A stretch of 64,000 nt of DNA from Candidatus Omnitrophota bacterium (GCA_903944345.1 CAJARJ010000002.1:1969-65968); one strand, 5' to 3'. Counted from the stretch's first letter, positions 18,134 through 27,992 are shown. The notes: generated by a model from the letters alone, not told the origin. Numbers and translations: made by a program.

Positions 18134-20812
18134 TCAAATCCCGAGGAGATCTGCCGGATTCGCAACAGGAACGATCCTCAGAATCTCGCCCTCCAGTCCG
18201 ACAAAATCTTCCCGTTGAAACGCTGCAAGCATGGCTGGATCAAAGCTCATCGTGACCGCATCCGCAGAACGCTCACGTTCCATAGCCATCGCGTACGGAT
18301 CAAGACTAATACCGCCCGGAGCCTCTTTTTTCTTGGGGACATCATCTTCATAATCTGAATATAGCCGCACGCCCAGTCCAAGCCCCAGCAGAGACTGAAA
18401 CAGGTTTTCTGCAGCTCCCTTGCCCGGATCGCGCGCGCTGTCTCCATACAAAAGCAGCCGCCTCCAGACACCATCCCACTGGCGCCCACTCAAGGCAGCA
18501 GGACGATAAGTCACCCCGTCATTCAGATAAAGAACCGACTTTTCAATTCTCAGATCGCCGGAAAGTCTGTCCAGATTCAAGCCCGGATTAATACGCTTAA
18601 ACTCCCTGGCATTTACCGCTCCGGACGGATAACCAGCCATAATAACCGCCGCTTCCCGGGCACTCACTCTTTTGGTCAGCAAAGAAACAAAATTATCTCC
18701 CTCTCTCCGGGAGATATCCAGAGACACCTCCCTTTGGTCCCAGGACGAAAGACGCACCCGGTATTCGATCCCCAGAAAAACAACTCGGGCCTCATCCCTG
18801 CGCTCATTAATCTGCAAATCACTGACATGCACATAGCCATCTTTAAGAGTATCACGCAGTTTTGCGATATAGCCCGTACGATTTTCGTCGGCGGGCAGAG
18901 GGTCGTCAAGGCGGGTCTGCCATCTTTTTTTCACCACCGGTTGCTGATCCACCCCGGAAACAATGTCTTCCGTCGTCGGCCTGGACTCACGATCCTGACG
19001 CATTTGCAGAACATGTCGCCGGTTCCTGAAATAACGGCCGATGGCCTCGGCATACTGCCCCGAAAGAAAAACACGCAGCTCCCCCCGGTTGATCGACATG
19101 GCATTGGCTATAACCGCAGACGATTCGAACAAACGCTCTGCATCAACCGCAATAGAAAAAATATACCCGGGCACTCCCTGACGTAAGGAAGCCTCCTGGT
19201 CTTTTCTGAAAAGAATTTTGTAAACTTTCCCGGAGGCCGCAGGCGGAGTCTGAAAATAGACCTGGTCTTCTTCCCGGATCTTCACTGCCTGCTGAGAAAA
19301 GGCTCCGGCGACAGGCTGCATATCCTTGATAACCGATAAAAACTCGTCGAGCCAGGGATACTCGTCCGCTTTAACGTCAAGGATCTGCGCGCTGTCGATC
19401 ACATCCGGCTGGCGAATCATTGTAAACACCGCCCCCCGGCGGGCAATACTGTAAAAACCTTGAGCAACTCCCTGTTCTTCAAAGAATGCCGCGATATCGT
19501 TTACCCCGGTCTGATGAAACGGAATACTGAAATCCCGCTCTGCTCTTTCTACACCGTCCGGGAACAATTGAACCATGGCCGAAGCATTCCATTGCCCGCC
19601 CCAAGCTGCAATTTCATCAGCAATAAAATGCATCACCTCCGGCAAATCACCAACAAGAACGTCCTCCGCCATTGCAGCATCTCCGGCAAAAACCTGCCGG
19701 CCCATAACCGAAACCAAAGCCAGCTTGCCGGAAGCAAGCTGGGCGCGATCCGCCTCGGTAAAAAACCTGTCACGTTCCAGCACCCGGGATAACTGTACAC
19801 CGTCAACTCCGCCGGAGAAATACTTTCTTGGAACCGACTGGCCCTGCGGCCCCGATTCTTCCCGGATATAATCAAAGACACCCTGACGAAACGATTGCAG
19901 ATACTGTTCATAAATCTTCTGCGCCGACTGCGGATCCCGGGCCAGCACCCCGCCCGTCTTGCCGCGATCACTGTAAACCTGGTTCAGCAGAGCGTCTTTG
20001 AGCGCTTCTTTATACCAGGCCGCCAGAATCATGGCGTGAAACATCTGCCGAAGCGCGGTGAAATGCCGCCCCTGATTGACTTCCCGCTCTATCTCCGGAA
20101 CAATAACCTCACGAACAACACTTTTCGTCCATTCCTGCGAAGGCGCTTTCTTCTCGCCGCGGGCTGCCTGATAATCCGATTCCAGCATCACCTTAAGATG
20201 TGCCTGCGCAACAAACACCGAGTTCCCCCGCTCAACCACCCGCGCCCGGTCGGCGACAATCCATACCTTGTGAAAGGTATCCACCGGAATATCCGTCGAG
20301 CCAAACTGCTCCCTTGCCCGCGCATAAACCCTCTGCCAGAACGCCTGTCCCAACGCCTGTTCGGGATACAAGAGGGATGCCGTCAGCTGTTTGAGCACAT
20401 AATCCTGTGCGAGCATATCCTCTCCCAAACGGGTACGCGCCAAGTCCGGTTCTGCCATCCGCTCGCGTTCGACAGGAGACAAATTAACCCAGAGATCGCT
20501 CTCCTTGACCGTCAGGGCGGCAAGAAAATATTTAACCAGTTTTTGCGCTTCTGCCCTGAAATCTCCTCCACCAATGGCAAACCCTGACTGTCCCGGATCA
20601 ATCATAAAGTCAAACCGGAGCGGCTGCTGCGGATAAACTCTCAAGCCTTTAAGCGAAACCGGAATATACGGCTGACTTTGCGCCAACATGGAGCCAGGGG
20701 CCGGCAAACCCGCAATCTGGGCCTGCGCTGGAGCAGGAAAAGAACTTCCGGAAAGAAAAATCAAAGCCAGCGCCAACCGTGCGGCGCAATGAAAAAGAGA
20801 ATCATAATTCAT
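18134..20812 (-). CDS. Large secreted protein (copy P2, ~892 aa): signal peptide, conserved family N-domain, unique central region, conserved C-terminal DPAML motif
   Basis: Signal peptide MNYDSLFHCAARLALALIFLSGSSFPAPAQA. N-domain contains LRFDFMIDPG, KYFLAALT, DLWVNLSPVE, TDIPVDTFHKVWIV and PRKYFSGG. C-terminus reads GGISLDPYAM...SFDPAMLAAF. Confidence 0.65.
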   Translation of the reverse strand: MNYDSLFHCAARLALALIFLSGSSFPAPAQAQIAGLPAPGSMLAQSQPYIPVSLKGLRVYPQQPLRFDFMIDPGQSGFAIGGGDFRAEAQKLVKYFLAALTVKESDLWVNLSPVERERMAEPDLARTRLGEDMLAQDYVLKQLTASLLYPEQALGQAFWQRVYARAREQFGSTDIPVDTFHKVWIVADRARVVERGNSVFVAQAHLKVMLESDYQAARGEKKAPSQEWTKSVVREVIVPEIEREVNQGRHFTALRQMFHAMILAAWYKEALKDALLNQVYSDRGKTGGVLARDPQSAQKIYEQYLQSFRQGVFDYIREESGPQGQSVPRKYFSGGVDGVQLSRVLERDRFFTEADRAQLASGKLALVSVMGRQVFAGDAAMAEDVLVGDLPEVMHFIADEIAAWGGQWNASAMVQLFPDGVERAERDFSIPFHQTGVNDIAAFFEEQGVAQGFYSIARRGAVFTMIRQPDVIDSAQILDVKADEYPWLDEFLSVIKDMQPVAGAFSQQAVKIREEDQVYFQTPPAASGKVYKILFRKDQEASLRQGVPGYIFSIAVDAERLFESSAVIANAMSINRGELRVFLSGQYAEAIGRYFRNRRHVLQMRQDRESRPTTEDIVSGVDQQPVVKKRWQTRLDDPLPADENRTGYIAKLRDTLKDGYVHVSDLQINERRDEARVVFLGIEYRVRLSSWDQREVSLDISRREGDNFVSLLTKRVSAREAAVIMAGYPSGAVNAREFKRINPGLNLDRLSGDLRIEKSVLYLNDGVTYRPAALSGRQWDGVWRRLLLYGDSARDPGKGAAENLFQSLLGLGLGVRLYSDYEDDVPKKKEAPGGISLDPYAMAMERERSADAVTMSFDPAMLAAFQREDFVGLEGEILRIVPVANPADLLGI

Positions 20813-20915
20813 AGCAATCACTCCATATTGCATATTTTATGCGCGATTATGGCACATACTGTCAGAATATGCAAGCAAACGCAACATGCCTTGTCGCCCT
20901 TTTATGCCACACACC

Positions 20916-23900
20916 TTACCGCAAAGCAGTCGTAACTGCGGGAATAGAAGCAACGGAAGACCGGCCAAAAAACTGATCAAAATCAACGGCCTCTCGAATA
21001 GAAAGAATAACCGGGCTCAGGCCATGCGCATTACGAAAACTCTCCAGCATAGCCGGATCAATGTCAAACTCAATCTCGCCATCAGCAGAAATTCTAAACG
21101 CAAGGGACTGCGGATTAAGATCAATACCGCCCTTGTCGGCAGGGTAATCTGACAAAAACGATACGCTCTCAGACTCTTTTGTCATCCCTGGCCGGGATAA
21201 TATTCTGAAAGAAATCTCCCGCTTTAACATCTCTTTCACATCATGACTGATCAATGGATAAACAAAAATTCCTCGGTCCTGACCGCCGGCCTCATGCACA
21301 AGCGCATGTTTTTTGACAACCTGACGAAAAATGGCCACCATCGGAGCAAGTCGCACGATATCGTGCTGTTGGCGACCAAACAAGGCATCTGTCGATGCGA
21401 GAGAAACATCGTATCTCCGGGAGAATTCACTCTCAAAATATGCGGCAACGCGCTCGTCTATACTTCGCAGAGTGTCCCGTGTGTCGTGCATCTCATACAA
21501 TCCCCAACCGAGCTCATCCTCACGGGACAACCTTCCCTCCTCAAAAGGTTTATGATCAAAGAATCCCGGTTTCCTGGTATCCTGACAAAAACCGAAGTCT
21601 ATCAGCACAAGATGCCCGTCCGATGCGAAGCCAACGTTCTCTATCGCAAAATCCCGGTCGAAGACCCCCCTTTGCCAAACCGCTTCCATCAATTCGAAAA
21701 ACATATCCACGAAAGAATTTCCCAAACGCCGGATATCTGCTTCGCTTACTTCCCGCACGCGAAGTGTCGCCGCCATGTCATCACGAATGCCCTGCCCGTT
21801 GGGCTGAATGAATCCTCGTTTGATGATCAGGAACGGAGGCACGAGTCCTCCCAATCGCGAATACGCCAGTTCAAATGATTCCCACGTCTTTGTCCAGCTA
21901 ATACCGTACATTTCTAACATACTGTATGGATGATGATGTGGAACTTTTATCCCGTAATCCCGTTCCGGATCAATATAGAAATACGACTGCTTGCCTTCTT
22001 TTCTGACCGCAGATACGCCAAAAGATAAAAGTTGACCCGAAATCATTCCGGTTGCCGAATCTCCGATCCACGACTGGAAATCCTGTTCTGCCGCGAATCC
22101 CAATCTTGACAAAATATCCTGACTTAAGGGGTGCCCTCTTTCCATGTCATCCACCAACTTTCCGGCAAGGAACTCTGAATGACTCCGGGAACCGCCCCCC
22201 ACAGCATCGATCCGTTCTATCGCGTTGTCAGAAAGAATATTTGTTGCCCCTATAAGTACGGGGGCTACTGCGGAATCAATGATTACACCTGGCGAATTAT
22301 CCTGATCAATGATCCTGCGGACTCTCTCCTCTGCCGATAATCTTTCGAGAACTTCTGGTGCAGGCACCTTAAACGCAATATTACCCCCCTGGTCCCATCC
22401 TTCCGACTTGAACCATCGATCCTCTGACCTGACAAGCAAATCAACACGTGACACACCCTCGGCAGGTAAAGGAAACCAGGCATAATAGTCACCTTGCCCA
22501 TCTGCGGCCAGTATCGTATCAATCGTCCCGTTGCCGTTAACGGTCGAGGGATACACATCATCCAACATCACCAAAGGGGGCTTCCGCCATTCATTAATAC
22601 CCCAATGCAGGGTTAACTGTTCGTCCGGTGCCCCCTGAAACCTGACGCCAAACTTCAACCCCCTTTCATCAGGCTCCAATACCAGACTCAACTCATCTCC
22701 CCGCGAAGTTCTTATCGTTTTAGACCTCCAGGGGGGGGCGCCTTGCGTCGGATGATCAGCTGCTGGCAGCGCTGATCCGGAGATATTCGTATCCGGCTTT
22801 CGAAGAACATACAGTTGCGGACTGGTCCTGCTTATGAAATACTTGCCCGGAATAGAATAATTTAGTGATTGCAATCCTTCAAAATCCGCCGCCTGCAATA
22901 ACAAATGCGTAAGTCCACCAAGCACAGAGTACCCGCCCGGTTTCAAGGCATTCCGGAGATGCCCGACCAATTCCTTAGCCTGAGACCTTGTTGCGACCTG
23001 ATGATTAAAGCCCCCTCCTGTTGAAGTGATGATATCCATGCCTCGAACAAGCTCCTCCAAAGGGTCACGCATCAAATCCGCCTGAACGATATGGAGTGCA
23101 CTTTCCAGACGAGCCGACATTGATTCCAAACGGGAGATATTGGCTCCGTTTTTCTCAACCAGCCAATATTCAATCTCCGGCACCGGCCTGGACAAAAACG
23201 CATAATGCCTGCGAATGGCCTTATCCATCTCCAGCACAAGACCTCCGTCTCCTCCAAAAATATCCGCAATCCTGATGGCTTGTCCGGGACGAATCCGGGA
23301 CAACTCGTCAACAAGCCCAACGACCGCCTGCACAACATAAGGATATACTTCCTGCGCATAAAGCAGTCTTACCGCCAGAAGAGAACTCCCCCATCCATTC
23401 CAGTAAGTGTCGGGCAACAACTCGGATTCTGCAATATGGGTGGAATTAAATTCAAACTCATCTCCCATAAGTAAAGAAAAAAGAGCCCTGAGCTGCAGAT
23501 TCCTGCTGTCTGTTTTTTCCAGCTTTATTTCGGCGTACTGTCGTGTGGCCGGAAGATACCAGAATATTGTCCGGCGCCCTCGATTAAATTTTCCGTCTGC
23601 CCAATAAAGCACCAGATGCCGGTTAGTCAGACGGAATGATTCTCCGGGATAAAACGACAACACCTCAGAAAGATCCAGTGGCATCGCGGGAGATGCCCCC
23701 TTGGGAAGATCCCCTATGGAAACTACATCTCCCCAAAGACCATCCAGAGTCTTGATCGTTTCAAGGATACGTTCCGCCCGTACCTGCCGGGACATCTCCC
23801 AGGGGCCAAAAACACCTTGCCGGAACGTCACCCGGGTATCCGCATTAGCTTGTGCGCTGTCTTCCCCGTCGAGAAGATATTTTGATGTCGAAACATTATC

Positions 23901-25085
23901 CAAAGAACCCGAAGATAAATCCGTACTGAAATTGACCTGTGAACTCACCATCAGATAATCATTTGACCAGGACAATTGAGACGCATCAGGCTCAAGCGTG
24001 TTTACAAGAAGCACCGCCATATCCATTCCCACGCCCCCCGAAAAATACTTTCTTGGAACAGCACCATCCGGGTAAACATTTTCTTCTTCCCGCACCAGGC
24101 TGAAAGCTCCCTGCCGAAAAGACTCGACATACCTCTGCCAAATCTTCTCTGCTTCCCCGGGGTCTTCAATTTTAACTCCGGCGATCTTGTTCTGATCCAC
24201 ATACACCGCCGTGAGCAGGGACTTTCTGATTTTCTTCTTGTACCACGTGGCGAGGATCAGGGATTGATAGACCTGTCGCAAAGGCGCGAAATTGGCCCCT
24301 TCGTTGACTTCCTGCTCCAGTACCGGAACAACCACTTCGCGCAGGACGGTTCGGGCGATTTCCTGGGCACCGTTGTCAGATGAACCGTCGGGCTGAAGCA
24401 AGACAAGGCTGTCATCAGTGCCAGATACAGTCCCGGCCTCTCGCGCAGAAGCAACATAGTCAGCATCCAGCATGACCTTGAGCCGGGAATCGGTAATGTA
24501 CACCGCTCCCGCCTTGACATTCTCATAGACTTCCGCTTTTTCCGGAACAATCCACACCTTGTTAAACGTATCCACCGGAATGTCGGTAGTACCATATTTC
24601 TCCTGCGCCAGAGCGTAGACTTTCTGCCAGAACCTTTTGCCTGTTTCCCCTTGCGGATACAACAACGTGGCGGTGATCTGCTTGAGAATATAATCCTGCT
24701 CCAGAAGATCCCGGCCCATTTCGGTCTGGCCAAACGCTTCAGGAATAATGCGGTCTTTCTCATACGGGCTTAAGTTCACCCACAGGTCTTTCTCGGGAAT
24801 GGTCAGGCTGGCGAGAAAATATTTGATGAGTTTCCCGGATTCCTGCCGGGCCGACACAAGGTCGGCCTCTGCGCCTGATCGGGTTCCCGGATCAAGAATG
24901 AAATCGAAGCGAAGCGGCTCTTTTGGGTACACCTTAAGCCCTTTAAGAACAGCAGGATGAGACGCTGAAAAAGGATTGAACACCCCCCCAGGTGCAGGCA
25001 GAACGCTCTGGGCATAACCCGGTTGCAGGCTATTGGCCGCAAAAGCCAGAAGAAGAATAAAACAGAAACCTTTTCTCAGAAACAT
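20916..25085 (-). CDS. Large secreted multidomain protein (copy P3, ~1389 aa): signal peptide, conserved family N-domain, Rossmann/SAM-MTase-like motif, CBM25/CBM53-like module, protein-kinase-like (Brenner motif) domain, conserved C-terminal motif
   Basis: Signal peptide MFLRKGFCFILLLAFAANSLQPGYAQ. N-domain motifs as in P1 and P2. IRIADIFGGDGGLVLEM resembles methyltransferase motif I. TLHWGINEW...WDQGGNIAFKV resembles a starch-binding CBM25. FDRDFAIENVGF...HLVLIDFGF resembles a HxDxxxxN...DFG kinase core. C-terminus reads GGIDLNPQ...DPAMLESFRNAHGLSPVILSI. Confidence 0.65.
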   Translation of the reverse strand: MFLRKGFCFILLLAFAANSLQPGYAQSVLPAPGGVFNPFSASHPAVLKGLKVYPKEPLRFDFILDPGTRSGAEADLVSARQESGKLIKYFLASLTIPEKDLWVNLSPYEKDRIIPEAFGQTEMGRDLLEQDYILKQITATLLYPQGETGKRFWQKVYALAQEKYGTTDIPVDTFNKVWIVPEKAEVYENVKAGAVYITDSRLKVMLDADYVASAREAGTVSGTDDSLVLLQPDGSSDNGAQEIARTVLREVVVPVLEQEVNEGANFAPLRQVYQSLILATWYKKKIRKSLLTAVYVDQNKIAGVKIEDPGEAEKIWQRYVESFRQGAFSLVREEENVYPDGAVPRKYFSGGVGMDMAVLLVNTLEPDASQLSWSNDYLMVSSQVNFSTDLSSGSLDNVSTSKYLLDGEDSAQANADTRVTFRQGVFGPWEMSRQVRAERILETIKTLDGLWGDVVSIGDLPKGASPAMPLDLSEVLSFYPGESFRLTNRHLVLYWADGKFNRGRRTIFWYLPATRQYAEIKLEKTDSRNLQLRALFSLLMGDEFEFNSTHIAESELLPDTYWNGWGSSLLAVRLLYAQEVYPYVVQAVVGLVDELSRIRPGQAIRIADIFGGDGGLVLEMDKAIRRHYAFLSRPVPEIEYWLVEKNGANISRLESMSARLESALHIVQADLMRDPLEELVRGMDIITSTGGGFNHQVATRSQAKELVGHLRNALKPGGYSVLGGLTHLLLQAADFEGLQSLNYSIPGKYFISRTSPQLYVLRKPDTNISGSALPAADHPTQGAPPWRSKTIRTSRGDELSLVLEPDERGLKFGVRFQGAPDEQLTLHWGINEWRKPPLVMLDDVYPSTVNGNGTIDTILAADGQGDYYAWFPLPAEGVSRVDLLVRSEDRWFKSEGWDQGGNIAFKVPAPEVLERLSAEERVRRIIDQDNSPGVIIDSAVAPVLIGATNILSDNAIERIDAVGGGSRSHSEFLAGKLVDDMERGHPLSQDILSRLGFAAEQDFQSWIGDSATGMISGQLLSFGVSAVRKEGKQSYFYIDPERDYGIKVPHHHPYSMLEMYGISWTKTWESFELAYSRLGGLVPPFLIIKRGFIQPNGQGIRDDMAATLRVREVSEADIRRLGNSFVDMFFELMEAVWQRGVFDRDFAIENVGFASDGHLVLIDFGFCQDTRKPGFFDHKPFEEGRLSREDELGWGLYEMHDTRDTLRSIDERVAAYFESEFSRRYDVSLASTDALFGRQQHDIVRLAPMVAIFRQVVKKHALVHEAGGQDRGIFVYPLISHDVKEMLKREISFRILSRPGMTKESESVSFLSDYPADKGGIDLNPQSLAFRISADGEIEFDIDPAMLESFRNAHGLSPVILSIREAVDFDQFFGRSSVASIPAVTTALR

Positions 25086-25151
25086 GCGCAAAGTATGCCC
25101 GACAGATTCCAAGTTTTCAAGTGAAGGAATCTTCTGAACCTCAAAAAGGGC

Positions 25152-27656
25152 TTACCACCCTCCTCCGCCACCACCTCCGCCACCGCCGCCGCTGGAACCG
25201 CCACCACCAGTGCCAGAGCTGGAAGAAGGCGCGGATGAAGCTGAGCTGATCGAACTGCTCAACGAACTGCCCAGACCTGAAGCAAAAGCAACACCGCCTG
25301 CCGTTGTTAACAATGAACCGGAGTACCAGTGCGGGCGATAAGCACCCTCCCCCGCAGAGGCTCGCGCCAAAACCTCGGAAAAACCTTCCGCCCAGACCTG
25401 CTCGACGCCAAGGGCAAGCGCATACGGTAAATACTGCTCGAACAACTCAACACTTTCTTGTGGACGCCCCAACATCCGCAACCGATCCTTTTCGGCCACC
25501 GAAAGATACATCCGAAAACCTTCCACCTGGTCCATAATCCTGCGCCCCTGAAAAGTCGGCGCTCTGAGCAAATAATAAAAAAGCACATCCAGCCCGACTG
25601 CCATCAAAAGAACCAGCAGTACAATTGGCGAGGAGAACGCCACAAGTGTCAAGATTCCAAAAATTTCCCCCCCAAAAAACGGCAAAGAAAAAACCGAAAG
25701 CAACAAAGCTCCCGGCAGATGAACAGGATTACGCGCAACAGACTTCCATGCCTGGAACAACGCCGCTCCAAGCGCTGCAACACCCAAAGTCCAGATCGAA
25801 AGCCACAAACACATAAACAACACGACCGGTGGGCTTTTGGCATCAGTCAATACAGTTACGGCAATAACCGCAAAACAGAGACCCAGCCCAACACCAAAAA
25901 CACCCCGGTTGGTCACAAAATAATTCTTCTCCTGGGAGCGCGCGAGGGCACCCTGCAGACGGGAAATTCCTGAAGCAATAACGGCATGATTCCTCTGCAG
26001 AAGCTCAAGCCTGCCACGTCCTCTGAAAAACTCCGCAGCCAGAACTTTTTCCTCGGAAGAAAGGACATCCTCTGCCTTTCCGGTTCTGGCAAGAACAGAC
26101 GTCCCGTCAGCTTCCTCGCTGATCGTCAGATACCCCTTGACCGCCATACTGATCAAGGCACAGGCCGCGACCTGATTATCATATCCCATATTCATCAAAT
26201 ATCGCAAACCCGCCGGAGACAGGTCTTTGGGAGGATAGAACAGCGGAATAATAACCCCTTTTTCCGGATCTCGCCCGACACGATTCCAGGAAACAAGATA
26301 AAACAGAAGAAGGATAACAAGACCCATTCCGCCTGCCAGAAAACCCCGCCAGTCCCGCAAAAAATACATCAAACGCTGTTGCGGCGTAGGCCCCAGCACA
26401 ATTCCTTTGGGCCAACTGACCGCAATCGTCAAACCTTCATGCGCGAGCAGCGCACGGGTTGTCCTGAAAGTAATTCTGTTCTGCGCATCCATGCCTGTTT
26501 CGGCATCTTTGCCCCTCGCGCCTTCCAACCCCGTATAAACCGCCGTCTTCAAAACACGCTGCTGCGCCCTGGAAGGAAGCACAACCACCGCGGAAACCTG
26601 ATTCATGGCAAAATCCCAGCCATTACCGGTCACATTCCAGTACAATTCGTCATAATCTTCATAAAAACCGGTCTGGCGGTCCGTCCCGTAGGTAATAACA
26701 TATTCATGCTCCCCGACAGAGACGATCTCTTCTTTGGATCCCAGATAAGTCCTGAGGCCATTGGCCTGTTTTTTTTGATGATATTCTTCAGGCTGACCGT
26801 CGCGCATGACCTTGAGCACTTTAAAATCCACCAGCATCCGGCGCCCAGAAGCTGTTTTATACGACGTCGGGAAATCCCGGTAAATACCATGCCTGATCTG
26901 CTTGCCTTCGGCCAGCACGCGAATAGTCTCGGTCACCAGCATAGAACCATCAACACGAACAACAATATCGCTGTGAAATGCCAAGATACGTTCCTCGGCC
27001 AGCGAAGATCCAATCCCTAAAAACACAAACAGAGCGGCAATCCCACAAGCTGCCACACCCCCTCCCAAGCCCTGATTACCTGAAAGCCGAATCTCGGGAG
27101 CCGCACGCTCAAGGGCGCTCTCAATCTCAAAAAACTTTTCTGGCCTGAACCCGGCCACGGCAGCGACAAGATTCCCCGGAAAAGAACAAACTGCTGTATT
27201 AAATTCACGAACACTCCCGTTGTAATAACGCCGGGCCATCTGCAGCTCATCCTCGATTTTGATCAGCGATTCCTGTAAAGAAAGATAATGACTGTCAGCC
27301 TTCAGATCCGGGTAAGCTTCCGCCAGGGCAAGCAGTCCACGCAATCCCAGAGACAGACTGCTTTCCGCGACCACACGCCCCAGTGGCCCGGTTGTTGTTG
27401 CCTGTGCACGCAGTGCCGTCACGTCTTCAAGAAGATCGCGTTCATAAGCGGCATAATGTTTGACCACATTGACCAGATTGGGAACAAGATCATGCCGTCG
27501 TTTGAGCTGAACATCAATACCGCTGAGGGCTTCCTGCAGGCTACTGCGCAGTTTCACAAAACGGTTAAACAACATGACGGCATAACTGGCAACCAACGCA
27601 ATCACAAGAATAATGGCCATAAATATATTGAACCCTCCGGATAAAGATTTGTCCAA
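25152..27656 (-). CDS. LemA-family domain fused to DUF2207-type multi-pass membrane protein with Gly-rich C-terminal tail
   Basis: N-terminus matches the LemA family (TM helix + LRSSLQEALSGIDVQLKRRHDLVPNLVNVVKHYAAYE). A DUF2207-like extracellular domain follows (HGIYRDFPT...YEDYDELYWNVTG), then several TM helices, and a tail SSSSGTGGGGSSGGGGGGGGGGGW. Confidence 0.7.
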   Translation of the reverse strand: MDKSLSGGFNIFMAIILVIALVASYAVMLFNRFVKLRSSLQEALSGIDVQLKRRHDLVPNLVNVVKHYAAYERDLLEDVTALRAQATTTGPLGRVVAESSLSLGLRGLLALAEAYPDLKADSHYLSLQESLIKIEDELQMARRYYNGSVREFNTAVCSFPGNLVAAVAGFRPEKFFEIESALERAAPEIRLSGNQGLGGGVAACGIAALFVFLGIGSSLAEERILAFHSDIVVRVDGSMLVTETIRVLAEGKQIRHGIYRDFPTSYKTASGRRMLVDFKVLKVMRDGQPEEYHQKKQANGLRTYLGSKEEIVSVGEHEYVITYGTDRQTGFYEDYDELYWNVTGNGWDFAMNQVSAVVVLPSRAQQRVLKTAVYTGLEGARGKDAETGMDAQNRITFRTTRALLAHEGLTIAVSWPKGIVLGPTPQQRLMYFLRDWRGFLAGGMGLVILLLFYLVSWNRVGRDPEKGVIIPLFYPPKDLSPAGLRYLMNMGYDNQVAACALISMAVKGYLTISEEADGTSVLARTGKAEDVLSSEEKVLAAEFFRGRGRLELLQRNHAVIASGISRLQGALARSQEKNYFVTNRGVFGVGLGLCFAVIAVTVLTDAKSPPVVLFMCLWLSIWTLGVAALGAALFQAWKSVARNPVHLPGALLLSVFSLPFFGGEIFGILTLVAFSSPIVLLVLLMAVGLDVLFYYLLRAPTFQGRRIMDQVEGFRMYLSVAEKDRLRMLGRPQESVELFEQYLPYALALGVEQVWAEGFSEVLARASAGEGAYRPHWYSGSLLTTAGGVAFASGLGSSLSSSISSASSAPSSSSGTGGGGSSGGGGGGGGGGGW

Positions 27657-27683
27657 CTTACAAAGCTCAGGCCTGTCAATATG

Positions 27684-27724
27684 ATAAAAAACCGGTGGGC
27701 GGTTTTAATCGCGCCACCGGTCTT
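27684..27724 (-). terminator. Putative rho-independent terminator ending the fmt-dsbD-redoxin-Cys-rich operon
   Basis: Imperfect inverted repeat CCGGTGGGCG-gttttaat-CGCGCCACCGG. On the minus-strand transcript it is followed by UUUUUUAU, just past the stop at 27745. Confidence 0.45.
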
Positions 27725-27744
27725 TGCCATTCAATCAACTCATG

Positions 27745-27951
27745 CTATTGTTCTTTCTTCCCGGCACAGTCGCAAGCCTTCTGCTGACAGGAACACTTTG
27801 CGTCCTTCATGCAATCGCATTTGCTCTCCTGGCTGCACCCGCACGCACAAGGCATTCCGTTCTTAAGACAACAGGATTTGTCCTTGGCAAAGGCCACTCC
27901 CGAGGCAAGAACAAGCATCGCACACAGCACCGCCACAACTGATCTTTTCAT
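27745..27951 (-). CDS. Small secreted Cys-rich protein (68 aa; 22-aa signal peptide + 46-aa mature peptide with 12 Cys), metallothionein-like
   Basis: MKRSVVAVLCAMLVLASGVAFA | KDKSCCLKNGMPCACGCSQESKCDCMKDAKCSCQQKACDCAGKKEQ. AAGGAG RBS 7 nt upstream of the ATG. Confidence 0.6.
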   Translation of the reverse strand: MKRSVVAVLCAMLVLASGVAFAKDKSCCLKNGMPCACGCSQESKCDCMKDAKCSCQQKACDCAGKKEQ

Positions 27952-27992
27952 AACGAACTCCTTAATGTTATTAAATTATTCCGGAGTATTTT

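Noticed and set aside
25986-27020. 344-aa plus-strand ORF
   Set aside because: Antisense to the LemA-DUF2207 gene. His/Arg/Pro-rich nonsense composition.
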